From the NCBI RefSeq assembly GCF_053078305.1, contig NZ_CP166879.1: a stretch of DNA of 64,000 bases. One strand, given 5' to 3'. Of this stretch, positions 19,040-26,419 are shown in pieces. Each line of letters starts with the position of its first letter. Position 1 is the first letter of the stretch. The translations under genes and the position numbers were made by a program. Below the pieces are notes generated by a model. That model did not search any database. It saw nothing but the letters and a program-made list of their open reading frames with translations, and had not been told where the DNA came from.

Positions 19040-19101
19040 TCAGGGATGTCGTATATCTGCTTTAAAAGGCATTTTCACCTCTTTTTAAGGAAGGTAAATA
19101 C

Positions 19102-19662
19102 ATGCTGATTGGCTATATACGCGTATCAACAAATGACCAGAACACAGGTTTACAAAGAAATGCGCTGGAATGTGCAGGATGTAAGCTGATTTTTGAAGAT
19201 AAAATGAGCGGAAAAACAACGCAGCGGCCGGGACTGAAGCGGGCACTGAAGAAACTAAAACCCGGTGACACGCTGATGGTCTGGAAACTGGACAGGCTGG
19301 GGCGCAGTATGCGCCACCTTGTTGCGCTGACAGATGAATTACAGCAACAGGGGATAAATTTTCGTAGTCTTACTGACAACATTGATACGTCAACCCCCAT
19401 GGGGCGCTTCTTTTTTCACATAATGGGTGCGCTGGCAGAAATGGAGCGTGAATTGATTGTCGAACGGACACGGGCTGGTCTTGCAGCTGCCCGTGAAAGG
19501 GGACGAACCGGTGGCAGACCCCGTCGTCTCACGCAGGAACAATACGAGCAGGTCGGGCGTTTACTGGCCGGGGGTGTCAGCCGAAGACAGGTGGCACTTA
19601 TTTTTGATATCGGCCTTTCAACCCTTTATCGTTATTATCCTGCAAGCATTTCGGAAAAATAA
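19102..19662 (+). CDS. gin: serine DNA invertase (Gin/Hin/Pin/Cin family)
   Basis: 186 aa. MLIGYIRVSTNDQNT...VWKLDRLGRS...GINFRSLTD...MGRFFFH is near-collinear with Mu Gin as recalled. Sits beside gix sites. Confidence 0.92.
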   Translation: MLIGYIRVSTNDQNTGLQRNALECAGCKLIFEDKMSGKTTQRPGLKRALKKLKPGDTLMVWKLDRLGRSMRHLVALTDELQQQGINFRSLTDNIDTSTPMGRFFFHIMGALAEMERELIVERTRAGLAAARERGRTGGRPRRLTQEQYEQVGRLLAGGVSRRQVALIFDIGLSTLYRYYPASISEK

Positions 19663-19752
19663 GACGCTCCCTTTGTTGGGCCTTTACTGAATTAACGCAA
19701 AATGGCGTTTATCGGTCTGTGGATATGATAATTCTGTTTATTCAGGAACAGG

Positions 19753-21810
19753 ATGAATATTATGACGTCCAAATGGGTTCAACTATCATCAATGCCCGGA
19801 AACTTTACCGTTAAAGTTTCCGGTGGTACAGCGGCATTTCTTGAGGCTCCTTTTCCTCCGGCTGAAACGAAAGGAGGAATGACATTTGCTGACTGTCTCA
19901 TCAGTTTTAATACACAGGATTGCCTGTGGGTAAGGCCAGTATCCGGTGATCCGAACGTGGAAATTACCGGAGCGGGTATTGGTGCTGTCATTCCGTTAAG
20001 TGCTGATGTTGCCGGTACTACTGAACCGTCAGACTGGGATAATGCTGAAACACATACCCGTCCGGCAGGAAATGAAACGGCTTCCAGCTCCCCTTCCTGG
20101 TATTACGTGATTGTTATAGCCGGTCAGTCCAATGCTTCATCTTATGGTGAAGGGTTGCCCCTGCCGGATTCTTATGATCGTCCTGATCCACGTATTATGC
20201 AGCTGGCACGCAGGAATACACAAACCCCCGGAGGTATTCCCTGCAAATACAATGAAATCATTCCAGCAGATCACTGCCTTCATGATGTTCAGAATATGAG
20301 TCTGCTGAACCATCCAAAAGCAGACCTGAAAAAAGGGCAGTATGGTTGTGTGGGTCAGGGACTTCATATTGCGAAAAAAGTATTACCGGTGATTCCTGCT
20401 GATGCCGGGATTTTACTGGTTCCCTGTGCCCGTGGCGGCTCTGCTTTTACAACCGGCGCAGTTGGCTCATTCGATCCGGCAAGTGGTGCAGCCGAGGCGT
20501 CACTACGCTGGGGAGTGGATACCCCACTGTATCAGGATCTTGTCAGTCGAACGAAAGCGGCACTTGAGGCGAATCCAAAGAATGTGCTGTTATCTGTCGT
20601 ATGGATTCAGGGGGAAGGAGACCTTAAAGCGACCCCGGCCCAGCATGGTGCCCAGTTTACTGCGATGGTGAAAAAATTCCGTGCGGATCTTGGTGCTTTC
20701 TCCGGTCAGTGTATTGGTGGTTCATCAGACAGTGTGCCGTGGTTATGTGGTGACACAACCTATGACTGGAAAGAGAAGAACCCGGCGGCATATGAAACCA
20801 TTTATAGCGGATATAAAAACCGGGCTTCCGAGAACATTCACTTTGTTCCACTGATGCACGATGAGTTCGGTAATAAAACCGCGACCAACCTGCCGGAGCA
20901 CGACCCGGATATCGCTTCTGCCGGGTATTATGGTGCGGAATCACGGGGAGATGGCAACTGGACAACAGCATCCAGGGCAACCCATTTTAGCTCCTGGGCG
21001 CGCCGTTTTCTGGTCTCAGATCGTTTTGCATCAGCAATTCTTAAATATGCAGGTCTGACCTCTGCATTTATTGCCGGTGTGGCCCCTGATGGTGAAGCCC
21101 TGCCTCAGCCCGCGCCGGGTGGAAAACCGGAAGCTCCGACAGGTAGTCAGCCAGGAAGCAGTGAGTCCCCCCAGCCGACATCCCCGTCACTCCGTACGCT
21201 GCTTTCACTTAAAGCATCAGCAGGGGAAGCCCCGGCTCAGGGATGGAAAATTACAGATGGTACAATCCAGCTGACGGACGAAGGTAAAGCGCTGACCGTA
21301 TCCAAACAAAGCGGAAAAACCTGGTCACTTACCCATGCGACCAGTGCTGCCGGAGAGCTGTTGCAGCATGGTGGTCAGTTGACCTGTAAATTCCGTCTGT
21401 CAGGTGAAGTAAAAGAAGGCCAGTTTGCTCTGGGTATTTACCTCCACACCGATACGGTCCCGGAAGGTGTAACCATGAGTGGTACAGGCACACCGTTCCT
21501 GATGGCGTATTATCTCCAGACAACAGGCGGCCAGTTAAATCTGATGCACCATAAAACAGGGGGGAATACGAAACTGGGATCATTTGGAGCCTACAATAAC
21601 CAGTGGCATACACTTGTCCTGAAGTTTACGGCGGGAAGTGCCCAGGTAACGCCTGTGCTGGATGGCACTCCGGGCCAGGCATTCCAGATGGTGAAAGATG
21701 CACTTTCCCCTGCCAAAGATACGCTGACACTGACAGATGTCACCAAAGGGGCAACTTATGGCGTGTCTTTTGAGAGCGTTGTCCTTGAGGTTAATACCCC
21801 TGCGGCATAA
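19753..21810 (+). CDS. SGNH/SASA-type (sialate O-acetylesterase-like) carbohydrate esterase fused to a LamG/ConA-like C-terminal domain
   Basis: 685 aa. GQSN block at aa 124-127 (nt 20122-20133) and VWIQGEGD block are typical of the DUF303/SASA esterase family (NanS-like). Pro/Ser-rich linker. The ~190-aa beta-rich C-terminus has a lectin-like pattern. Confidence 0.5.
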   Translation: MNIMTSKWVQLSSMPGNFTVKVSGGTAAFLEAPFPPAETKGGMTFADCLISFNTQDCLWVRPVSGDPNVEITGAGIGAVIPLSADVAGTTEPSDWDNAETHTRPAGNETASSSPSWYYVIVIAGQSNASSYGEGLPLPDSYDRPDPRIMQLARRNTQTPGGIPCKYNEIIPADHCLHDVQNMSLLNHPKADLKKGQYGCVGQGLHIAKKVLPVIPADAGILLVPCARGGSAFTTGAVGSFDPASGAAEASLRWGVDTPLYQDLVSRTKAALEANPKNVLLSVVWIQGEGDLKATPAQHGAQFTAMVKKFRADLGAFSGQCIGGSSDSVPWLCGDTTYDWKEKNPAAYETIYSGYKNRASENIHFVPLMHDEFGNKTATNLPEHDPDIASAGYYGAESRGDGNWTTASRATHFSSWARRFLVSDRFASAILKYAGLTSAFIAGVAPDGEALPQPAPGGKPEAPTGSQPGSSESPQPTSPSLRTLLSLKASAGEAPAQGWKITDGTIQLTDEGKALTVSKQSGKTWSLTHATSAAGELLQHGGQLTCKFRLSGEVKEGQFALGIYLHTDTVPEGVTMSGTGTPFLMAYYLQTTGGQLNLMHHKTGGNTKLGSFGAYNNQWHTLVLKFTAGSAQVTPVLDGTPGQAFQMVKDALSPAKDTLTLTDVTKGATYGVSFESVVLEVNTPAA

Positions 21811-21867
21811 TCGTGACGGCCGGGAATTTATCCGGCTGTAACATCAGTTAATAAGAGTGAGGCTTAT

Positions 21868-22047
21868 ATGACATATATAAACGTCTGCCTGCTGTATTTC
21901 TGCACGGTGGTTTGTTGTCTGTTGCTTGTCAGCGGTGGTTATAAAATTATTCGCAATTATTTTCGAAATAAAATTGATGCAGCTGCCGAGGAAAAGATAA
22001 AAAGCGGTGCTGTAATGCCGCAGCCGAAAGACTCCGGTCAGATTTAA
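21868..22047 (+). CDS. 59-aa single-pass membrane peptide (below ORF-track cutoff)
   Basis: ATG at 21868 with SD AGTGAGG. MTYINVCLLYFCTVVCCLLLVSGGYKIIRNYFRNK... has a hydrophobic N-terminus followed by a basic/charged tail. Confidence 0.5.
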   Translation: MTYINVCLLYFCTVVCCLLLVSGGYKIIRNYFRNKIDAAAEEKIKSGAVMPQPKDSGQI

Positions 22048-22082
22048 TTTTTTGTGAACCAGAAAAGGAAAGGAGAATATTC

Positions 22083-22328
22083 ATGCCAGAGATTAAAGGC
22101 ACGGTTACTGAAGAGCTTGTCAAACAGGCACTTTATTCTGAAGAAGTGAACCGCGTGCTGAAGGCGCAGGTTCGCAAGGATTTTGAGGCACAAATCGACG
22201 CATATGTTGATGAAGTGCTGGCCCGAATGGTTGGCCATTCTCCGGCTGAAAACAGCACGGAGAATGAGCCTCAGCCCGTAGAGCAACCAGAGCCGGTTCA
22301 GCCCGGAACTGACAGTGCCATGATGTAA
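22083..22328 (+). CDS. hypothetical 81-aa protein (helical N-terminus, acidic Pro/Glu-rich C-terminus)
   Basis: ATG with strong SD (AAAGGAGAA). Followed directly by a strong terminator. Confidence 0.5.
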   Translation: MPEIKGTVTEELVKQALYSEEVNRVLKAQVRKDFEAQIDAYVDEVLARMVGHSPAENSTENEPQPVEQPEPVQPGTDSAMM

Positions 22329-22333
22329 CAATA

Positions 22334-22367
22334 CAAACCGACAGCTTCTCCTGTCGGTTTGATTTTC
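22334..22367 (+). terminator. rho-independent terminator of the esterase operon
   Basis: 11-bp stem CAAACCGACAG / CTGTCGGTTTG, 6-nt loop, then ATTTTC. Confidence 0.65.
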
Positions 22368-22402
22368 ATGGGCGATGTATATACCAGTCAGAGGAAATAA
22401 TC

Positions 22403-22603
22403 ATGGACAAGAACAAAAAGCAGCCCGATACCAAAGGTCTGGAAATATTAAGCGCAGAAATTATCAATGCGCTACGTTCAGGACTTGATGAAAATACATT
22501 ACAGGATCGAAACTTCACCACTGCAATGTGGATAGCGATGCAGATCCTGTGTACCCCAAGATGCGCTATTTTTGCGGTTCGTGAGGGTCAGTTGACTCGC
22601 TGA
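22403..22603 (+). CDS. hypothetical 66-aa protein
   Basis: ATG preceded by GAGGAA. No recognisable family. Its 3' end overlaps a convergent ORF by 38 nt. Confidence 0.4.
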   Translation: MDKNKKQPDTKGLEILSAEIINALRSGLDENTLQDRNFTTAMWIAMQILCTPRCAIFAVREGQLTR

Positions 22604-22772
22604 TTGCCCGAATTACATCAGAAAAGCACGCGTTCCATAATTGCATAGCTGATGAATCACCAGCTGTATGAAAAGAGGTAAAGACACAACTGGTGGATGT
22701 CATTGCTGCAATTGTGATATCAGCTGCAATTCGCGCAGCCTGTAACTTTTGGTCGGTGGTCAGTTTATCCAT
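22566..22772 (-). CDS. hypothetical 68-aa protein
   Basis: ATG at 22772 preceded by AGGAGA (the track ORF starts 24 nt further upstream). No recognisable family. Confidence 0.4.
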   Translation of the reverse strand: MDKLTTDQKLQAARIAADITIAAMTSTSCVFTSFHTAGDSSAMQLWNACFSDVIRAISESTDPHEPQK

Positions 22773-22823
22773 TTTCTCCTGCCTGAACAGATGCATCTCT
22801 GCTTTACAGGAGGCCGGGGAATA

Positions 22824-23144
22824 TCATAGGATACACCACGAGCTCAGAGTGAAGCATTGATGCAGTTTTTTACAGATTGACCCAGAATAGTTCGCGCTAT
22901 CTGAGTCGCCATTTATGTAGTCCCGAAGTAAAGCATTGATGCAAACTTGTCTAAATCGGCCCAGCATAGTTCCAGCTATGCTGGGTTTCCCTTTTATGTA
23001 GTATCCTGTTGATTTGAAACATACTACATATACGCGCGATCCTACCTTCACTGGATAAAAAGTCAATAAAATGATCATTTTATGATCGTTTTCACCACCT
23101 AACTCTTCGTTTTCTTTAAGTAAATAATCACCGCCCTGAATCAT
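22824..23144 (-). CDS. doubtful 106-aa ORF spanning the tandem hairpin repeats
   Basis: No SD. The C-terminal half is encoded by the two ~80-bp repeat units and overlaps the putative mom regulatory region. May be non-coding. Confidence 0.2.
   Translation of the reverse strand: MIQGGDYLLKENEELGGENDHKMIILLTFYPVKVGSRVYVVCFKSTGYYIKGKPSIAGTMLGRFRQVCINALLRDYINGDSDSANYSGSICKKLHQCFTLSSWCIL
22850..23006 (+). repeat. two tandem, diverged ~79-81-bp repeat units, each with a hairpin
   Basis: AAGCATTGATGCA recurs at 22852 and 22931. CCCAG(A/C)ATAGTTC recurs, and TATGTAG recurs at 22914 and 22995. Unit 2 has a perfect 10-bp stem (22960-22969/22976-22985) plus a U-rich tail. Confidence 0.7.
23066..23087. 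promoter_or_regulatory. 18-bp perfect palindrome centred on GATC, plus an adjacent second GATC (candidate Dam-sensitive operator of the com-mom region)
   Basis: ATAAAATGATCATTTTAT (23066-23083) is self-complementary, with GATC at 23073. A second GATC is at 23084. Confidence 0.4.
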
Positions 23145-23190
23145 TGTTGATGACTTTTCAATCTATTTGTTGTATCAATTAAACAAATCG

Positions 23191-23215
23191 AATCGATCGT
23201 TTTTGTCGATCGATT
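23191..23215. promoter_or_regulatory. 9-bp inverted repeat AATCGATCG-N7-CGATCGATT, each arm carrying a GATC, just upstream of com
   Basis: Arms at 23191-23199 and 23207-23215; GATC at 23195 and 23208. In Mu, mom transcription is Dam/OxyR- and C-controlled. Confidence 0.4.
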
Positions 23216-23258
23216 GCATGAGAAAGGCATCAACAACAAAGCAGGAGGTTATGCGGCC

Positions 23259-23459
23259 ATGTATCGAAACATACGGTGCCGACACTGCAATAAGCTACTG
23301 GCACGGGCCAGTTTCAGTTATCTGGAAGTAAAATGTCCGCGCTGTAAAACCCTCAATCAAATCACATCTCCGAGCGCCACAGAGCACCCCACATACACAA
23401 GGAAATCCTGTCGTGGGGAACAGAAAGCAAGTCACATCCCGTATCATCAGCACGCCTGA
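23259..23459 (+). CDS. com: Com-like zinc-finger translational activator of mom
   Basis: 66 aa from the ATG after [14 protein letters not shown]...X17...CPRCKTLN parallels Mu Com CKNCNKLL...CPRCKRHI. Its 3' end overlaps the mom start, as in Mu. Confidence 0.8.
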   Translation: MYRNIRCRHCNKLLARASFSYLEVKCPRCKTLNQITSPSATEHPTYTRKSCRGEQKASHIPYHQHA

Positions 23460-24150
23460 ACTTATTCGCTATAACGACAATATCGTTGGTTATGGTTCCC
23501 GTGAGTTGCGGGTTGAGACAATAAGTTGCTGGCTGGCCAGACTGGTTATCGTCAATAAACATTACAGCCACCGTTTCGTAAATAACTCCTACCTTCATCT
23601 GGGCATATTTTCAGAACGGGAACTTGTTGGCGTAATGCAATGGGGTTACGCCCTTAACCCAAACAGTGGTGCACGCGTCGTAACGGGTACGCAGAACCGA
23701 GAATATATGGAGCTGAACCGGCTATGGATGCATGACTGTATGCCGAGAAACTCCGAATCAAGGGCAATCAGTTACGCGCTCAAGCTAATCAGGCAGCTTT
23801 ATCCGCAGGTACAGTGGGTTCAGTCGTTTGCAGATGAGCGTTGTGGCTGTCTTGGTGTCGTGTATCAGGCAAGCAATTTTGATTATGTAGGCAGCCATGA
23901 AACAATATTCTATGAACTTGATGGCGAGTGGTATCACGAGATTTGCAGGAATGCCATTAAACGAGGCGGACAACGAGGTGAACATCTGAGGGCTAATATC
24001 GACAGAGCCAGTGTGCATAAGTTCCGACAGTTTCGTTACATCCGGTTTCTGAACAAGAGGGCCAGAAAACGCCTCAACACAAAGCTATTCAAAGTCCAGC
24101 CTTACCCAAAACCACAAACAGTTAAAACTGGTTTGAAAGAGAGTGAATGA
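23413..24150 (+). CDS. mom: Mom-like DNA (adenine) modification protein
   Basis: 245 aa overlapping com. GNAT-like Mom-family pattern (KHYSHR...LGIF...LVGVMQWG...ELNRLW...[10 protein letters not shown]...SFADE...GVVYQASNF). Last gene before the phage end, as in Mu. Confidence 0.7.
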   Translation: MGNRKQVTSRIISTPELIRYNDNIVGYGSRELRVETISCWLARLVIVNKHYSHRFVNNSYLHLGIFSERELVGVMQWGYALNPNSGARVVTGTQNREYMELNRLWMHDCMPRNSESRAISYALKLIRQLYPQVQWVQSFADERCGCLGVVYQASNFDYVGSHETIFYELDGEWYHEICRNAIKRGGQRGEHLRANIDRASVHKFRQFRYIRFLNKRARKRLNTKLFKVQPYPKPQTVKTGLKESE

Positions 24151-24189
24151 GCGCTTAAAAACTCATTCTAAAACTCAAAAGAAAAGCGC

Positions 24190-24259
24190 CGATTTAGTAT
24201 CAAATAAGTTGCGTATCGGCGTTTTTCAGCGGTATCAAATGAAATGCAAATCGGTATCA
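24190..24259 (+). mobile_element. Mu-like right end (attR) with three putative transposase-binding repeats and terminal CA
   Basis: GTATCA at 24197, 24232 and 24254; the last two are 22 bp apart. The element ends ...CGGTATCA at 24259. Read inward it begins TGATACCG. Confidence 0.6.
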
Positions 24260-24391
24260 AAAAAATCGCCGCGCTATATGCCGCTGACCACAGCATTTAA
24301 ACAGAATATTGAACGTATCCGGCGTGAACGCCTGCCAGAAGAACTGGCATATGCGCTGAAACAACAACTGAGGATTGCGATAAAACGATGA
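24260..24391 (+). pseudogene. Z: 3' fragment (last ~43 codons) of minor tail gene Z, truncated by the Mu-like insertion
   Basis: Translation [43 protein letters not shown], versus the recalled lambda gpZ C-terminus ...VKIPMAVPLTTAFKQNIERIRRERLPKELGYALQHQLRMVIKR. ATGA overlap with U. Confidence 0.75.
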
Positions 24392-24783
24392 AACATACTG
24401 ATATCCGTGCAGCCGTACTGGATGCACTGGAGAAGCATGACACCGGGGCGACGCTGTTTGATGGTCGCCCCGCTGTTTTTGAGGAGGCGGATTTTCCGGC
24501 GGTCGCGGTTTATCTGACGGATGCAGAGTATACCGGTGAAGAGCTGGATGCTGATACCTGGCGGGCCACACTGCATATTGAGGTGTTTTTACCGGCACAG
24601 GTACCGGATTCAGAGCTTGATCAGTGGATGGAAAGCCGGATTTACCCGGCGATGGCGGCGATCCCTGCACTGGCAGGCATGATTACCACGATGGTTACGC
24701 AGGGCTATGAGTATCGTCGTGATGACGATATGGCATTGTGGAGCTCTGCAGATCTGACTTATTCCATTACATACGAGATGTGA
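24388..24783 (+). CDS. U: tail terminator protein U
   Basis: 131 aa, lambda gpU-like, in the correct position. Confidence 0.9.
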   Translation: MKHTDIRAAVLDALEKHDTGATLFDGRPAVFEEADFPAVAVYLTDAEYTGEELDADTWRATLHIEVFLPAQVPDSELDQWMESRIYPAMAAIPALAGMITTMVTQGYEYRRDDDMALWSSADLTYSITYEM

Positions 24784-24790
24784 GGATGAT

Positions 24791-25540
24791 ATGGCAACAC
24801 CAAATCCCCTGGCGCCGGTAAAAGGTTCCGGCACCACGCTCTGGGTTTACACCGGTAAGGGCGATGCTTATGCAAACCCGCTGTCAGATGATGAGTGGAC
24901 GCGTCTGGCAAAAATAAAGGATCTGACCCCCGGCGAGATGACGGCGGAATCCTACGACGATAACTATCTGGATGATGAGGATGCTGACTGGGTATCCACC
25001 GGGCAGGGGCAGAAATCTGCCGGTGACACCAGTTTTACGCTGGCCTGGAAGCCCGGCGAGAAAGGGCAGCGTGATTTGATTGCCTGGTTTGACAGCAGTG
25101 AGACCCGGGCCTACAAAATCCGCTTCCCGAACGGTACGGTGGATGTGTTCCGTGGCTGGGTGAGCGCCATTGGTAAAGCGGTGACTGCCAAAGAAGTGAT
25201 TACCCGTACGGTAAAAATCACCAATATTGGTCGTCCGTCGCTGGCGGAGGATCGGGGAGAAATCACACCGGTCACCGGTATTACCGTGACGCCACTAACG
25301 GGGAATGTGGCAAAAGGTCAGAGCACCACCCTGACTGTGGCCGTTCAGCCGGAAGGCGCAACGGATAAAACATTCCGCGCAACGTCGGCAAATCAGAATT
25401 TCGCCACCATTACCGTGAAAGGGAACACGATCACCGTGAAAGGTGTTGCGGCAGGTAAAGCGCAGATCCCTGTTGTCACCGGCAACGGTGAGTTTGCGGC
25501 GGTGGCGGAGATCACCGTTACGGATGGCGCTGCGGGCTGA
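24791..25540 (+). CDS. V: major tail protein V (with C-terminal Ig-like domain)
   Basis: 249 aa. ...[12 protein letters not shown]...[18 protein letters not shown]...[14 protein letters not shown] is near-identical in pattern to lambda gpV. Confidence 0.92.
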   Translation: MATPNPLAPVKGSGTTLWVYTGKGDAYANPLSDDEWTRLAKIKDLTPGEMTAESYDDNYLDDEDADWVSTGQGQKSAGDTSFTLAWKPGEKGQRDLIAWFDSSETRAYKIRFPNGTVDVFRGWVSAIGKAVTAKEVITRTVKITNIGRPSLAEDRGEITPVTGITVTPLTGNVAKGQSTTLTVAVQPEGATDKTFRATSANQNFATITVKGNTITVKGVAAGKAQIPVVTGNGEFAAVAEITVTDGAAG

Positions 25541-25556
25541 GGGGAGGAGATCAAGC

Positions 25557-25979
25557 ATGTTCCTGAAAACAGAACAATTTGAATATAACGGTGTGTCCGT
25601 CACGCTGTCGGAACTGTCCGCGCTGCAGCGGTTTGATTATATAAAGTTTGTTTCAGACGCAGCACAACAGGAGACAACGGAGCATGATGCCGTGCACATT
25701 AACCAGCGATATCTGGAAACGGCATCCCTGCTTGTGGCGATGTCGCTATGGCATTCCCATTCCCTCAAAGGCACTCTGGCCTCTCCGGAGACAGAGATGC
25801 AGCAGATCCGCCGTGAAGTGATGCTGGGATGGCCTGCTGATGCACTGAATCAGGCAACGAACCGGGTGCTTTATCTTTCAGGTATGCTGGATAACCGGCA
25901 CGATGCCGATCCTGAACAAACCGGGAAAGCAGAAGCGACTGAGCCGGTAACATCAAAAAAGCATTCGAAGGCGAGCTGA
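25557..25979 (+). CDS. G: tail assembly chaperone G
   Basis: MFLKTEQFEYNGVSVTLSELSALQR... matches lambda gpG MFLKTESFEHNGVTVTLSELSALQR. The track ORF has a spurious 38-codon upstream extension. Confidence 0.9.
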   Translation: MFLKTEQFEYNGVSVTLSELSALQRFDYIKFVSDAAQQETTEHDAVHINQRYLETASLLVAMSLWHSHSLKGTLASPETEMQQIRREVMLGWPADALNQATNRVLYLSGMLDNRHDADPEQTGKAEATEPVTSKKHSKAS

Positions 25980-26419
25980 ACTTTGTCCTGAAACTGGCGC
26001 GTGAGATGGGGAGAGCCGACTGGCGCGCCATGCTTGCCGGGATGACATCCACCGAATATGCCGACTGGCGACGTTTTTACTGCACGCATTATTTTCAGGA
26101 TACCCAACTGGACGCTCATTTTTCCGGGCTGATGTACGCCGTACTCAGCCTGTTTTTTGGCGATCCGGATATGCATCCGGCGGATTTCAGTCTGCTTGCT
26201 CCAGCGTGTGAGGAAGAGCAGACGGAGATGCCGGACGAGGAAGAAATGCTGATGCAGAAAGCGACAGGAGTTGCCGGAGGCGTCCGGTTCGGAGGGGACG
26301 GGGGACGCGATATTTCACCTTCTGCGGATGTGGTGGATGTCAGCGAGGATGATGTTGCATTAATGATGGCTTCAGCGGGGATTTCCGGAGGTGTGAGATA
26401 TGTCCCAGCCAGCGGGTGA
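25557..26419 (+). CDS. T: tail assembly chaperone G-T fusion made by -1 programmed frameshift
   Basis: The T frame (26006..26419 in the track) is -1 relative to G and open back past the slip site. Same arrangement as lambda G/GT. Confidence 0.8.
25923..25929 (+). promoter_or_regulatory. G GGA AAG slippery heptamer for the G/G-T -1 frameshift
   Basis: GGGAAAG lies near the 3' end of G, identical to the lambda slip sequence. Confidence 0.8.

Larger units (their letters stand above)
1..24259 (+). mobile_element. Mu-like transposable prophage, right ~24 kb (late genes, invertible segment, gin, cargo, com-mom, right end); left end outside window
   Basis: Collinear Mu late gene order on + strand. 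gin followed by com-mom. GTATCA repeats end in CA at 24259, where a lambda Z reading frame begins. Confidence 0.85.

Noticed and set aside
22668-22745. A plus-strand 25-aa Cys-rich ORF (MKRGKDTTGGCHCCNCDISCNSRSL) considered as a RiPP-like peptide.
   Set aside because: It has no SD, lies wholly antisense to the better-supported 68-aa minus-strand ORF, and has no adjacent maturation genes.
24281-24292. An alternative Mu right end at ...GCCGCTGACCA (24290), which resembles the canonical Mu terminus ...GCCGCTTCA.
   Set aside because: These bases encode PLTT of the conserved gpZ C-terminus, and the Z-like frame continues back to about 24260 (K.P...PLTT anchors). The GTATCA-terminal CA at 24259 is the better end.
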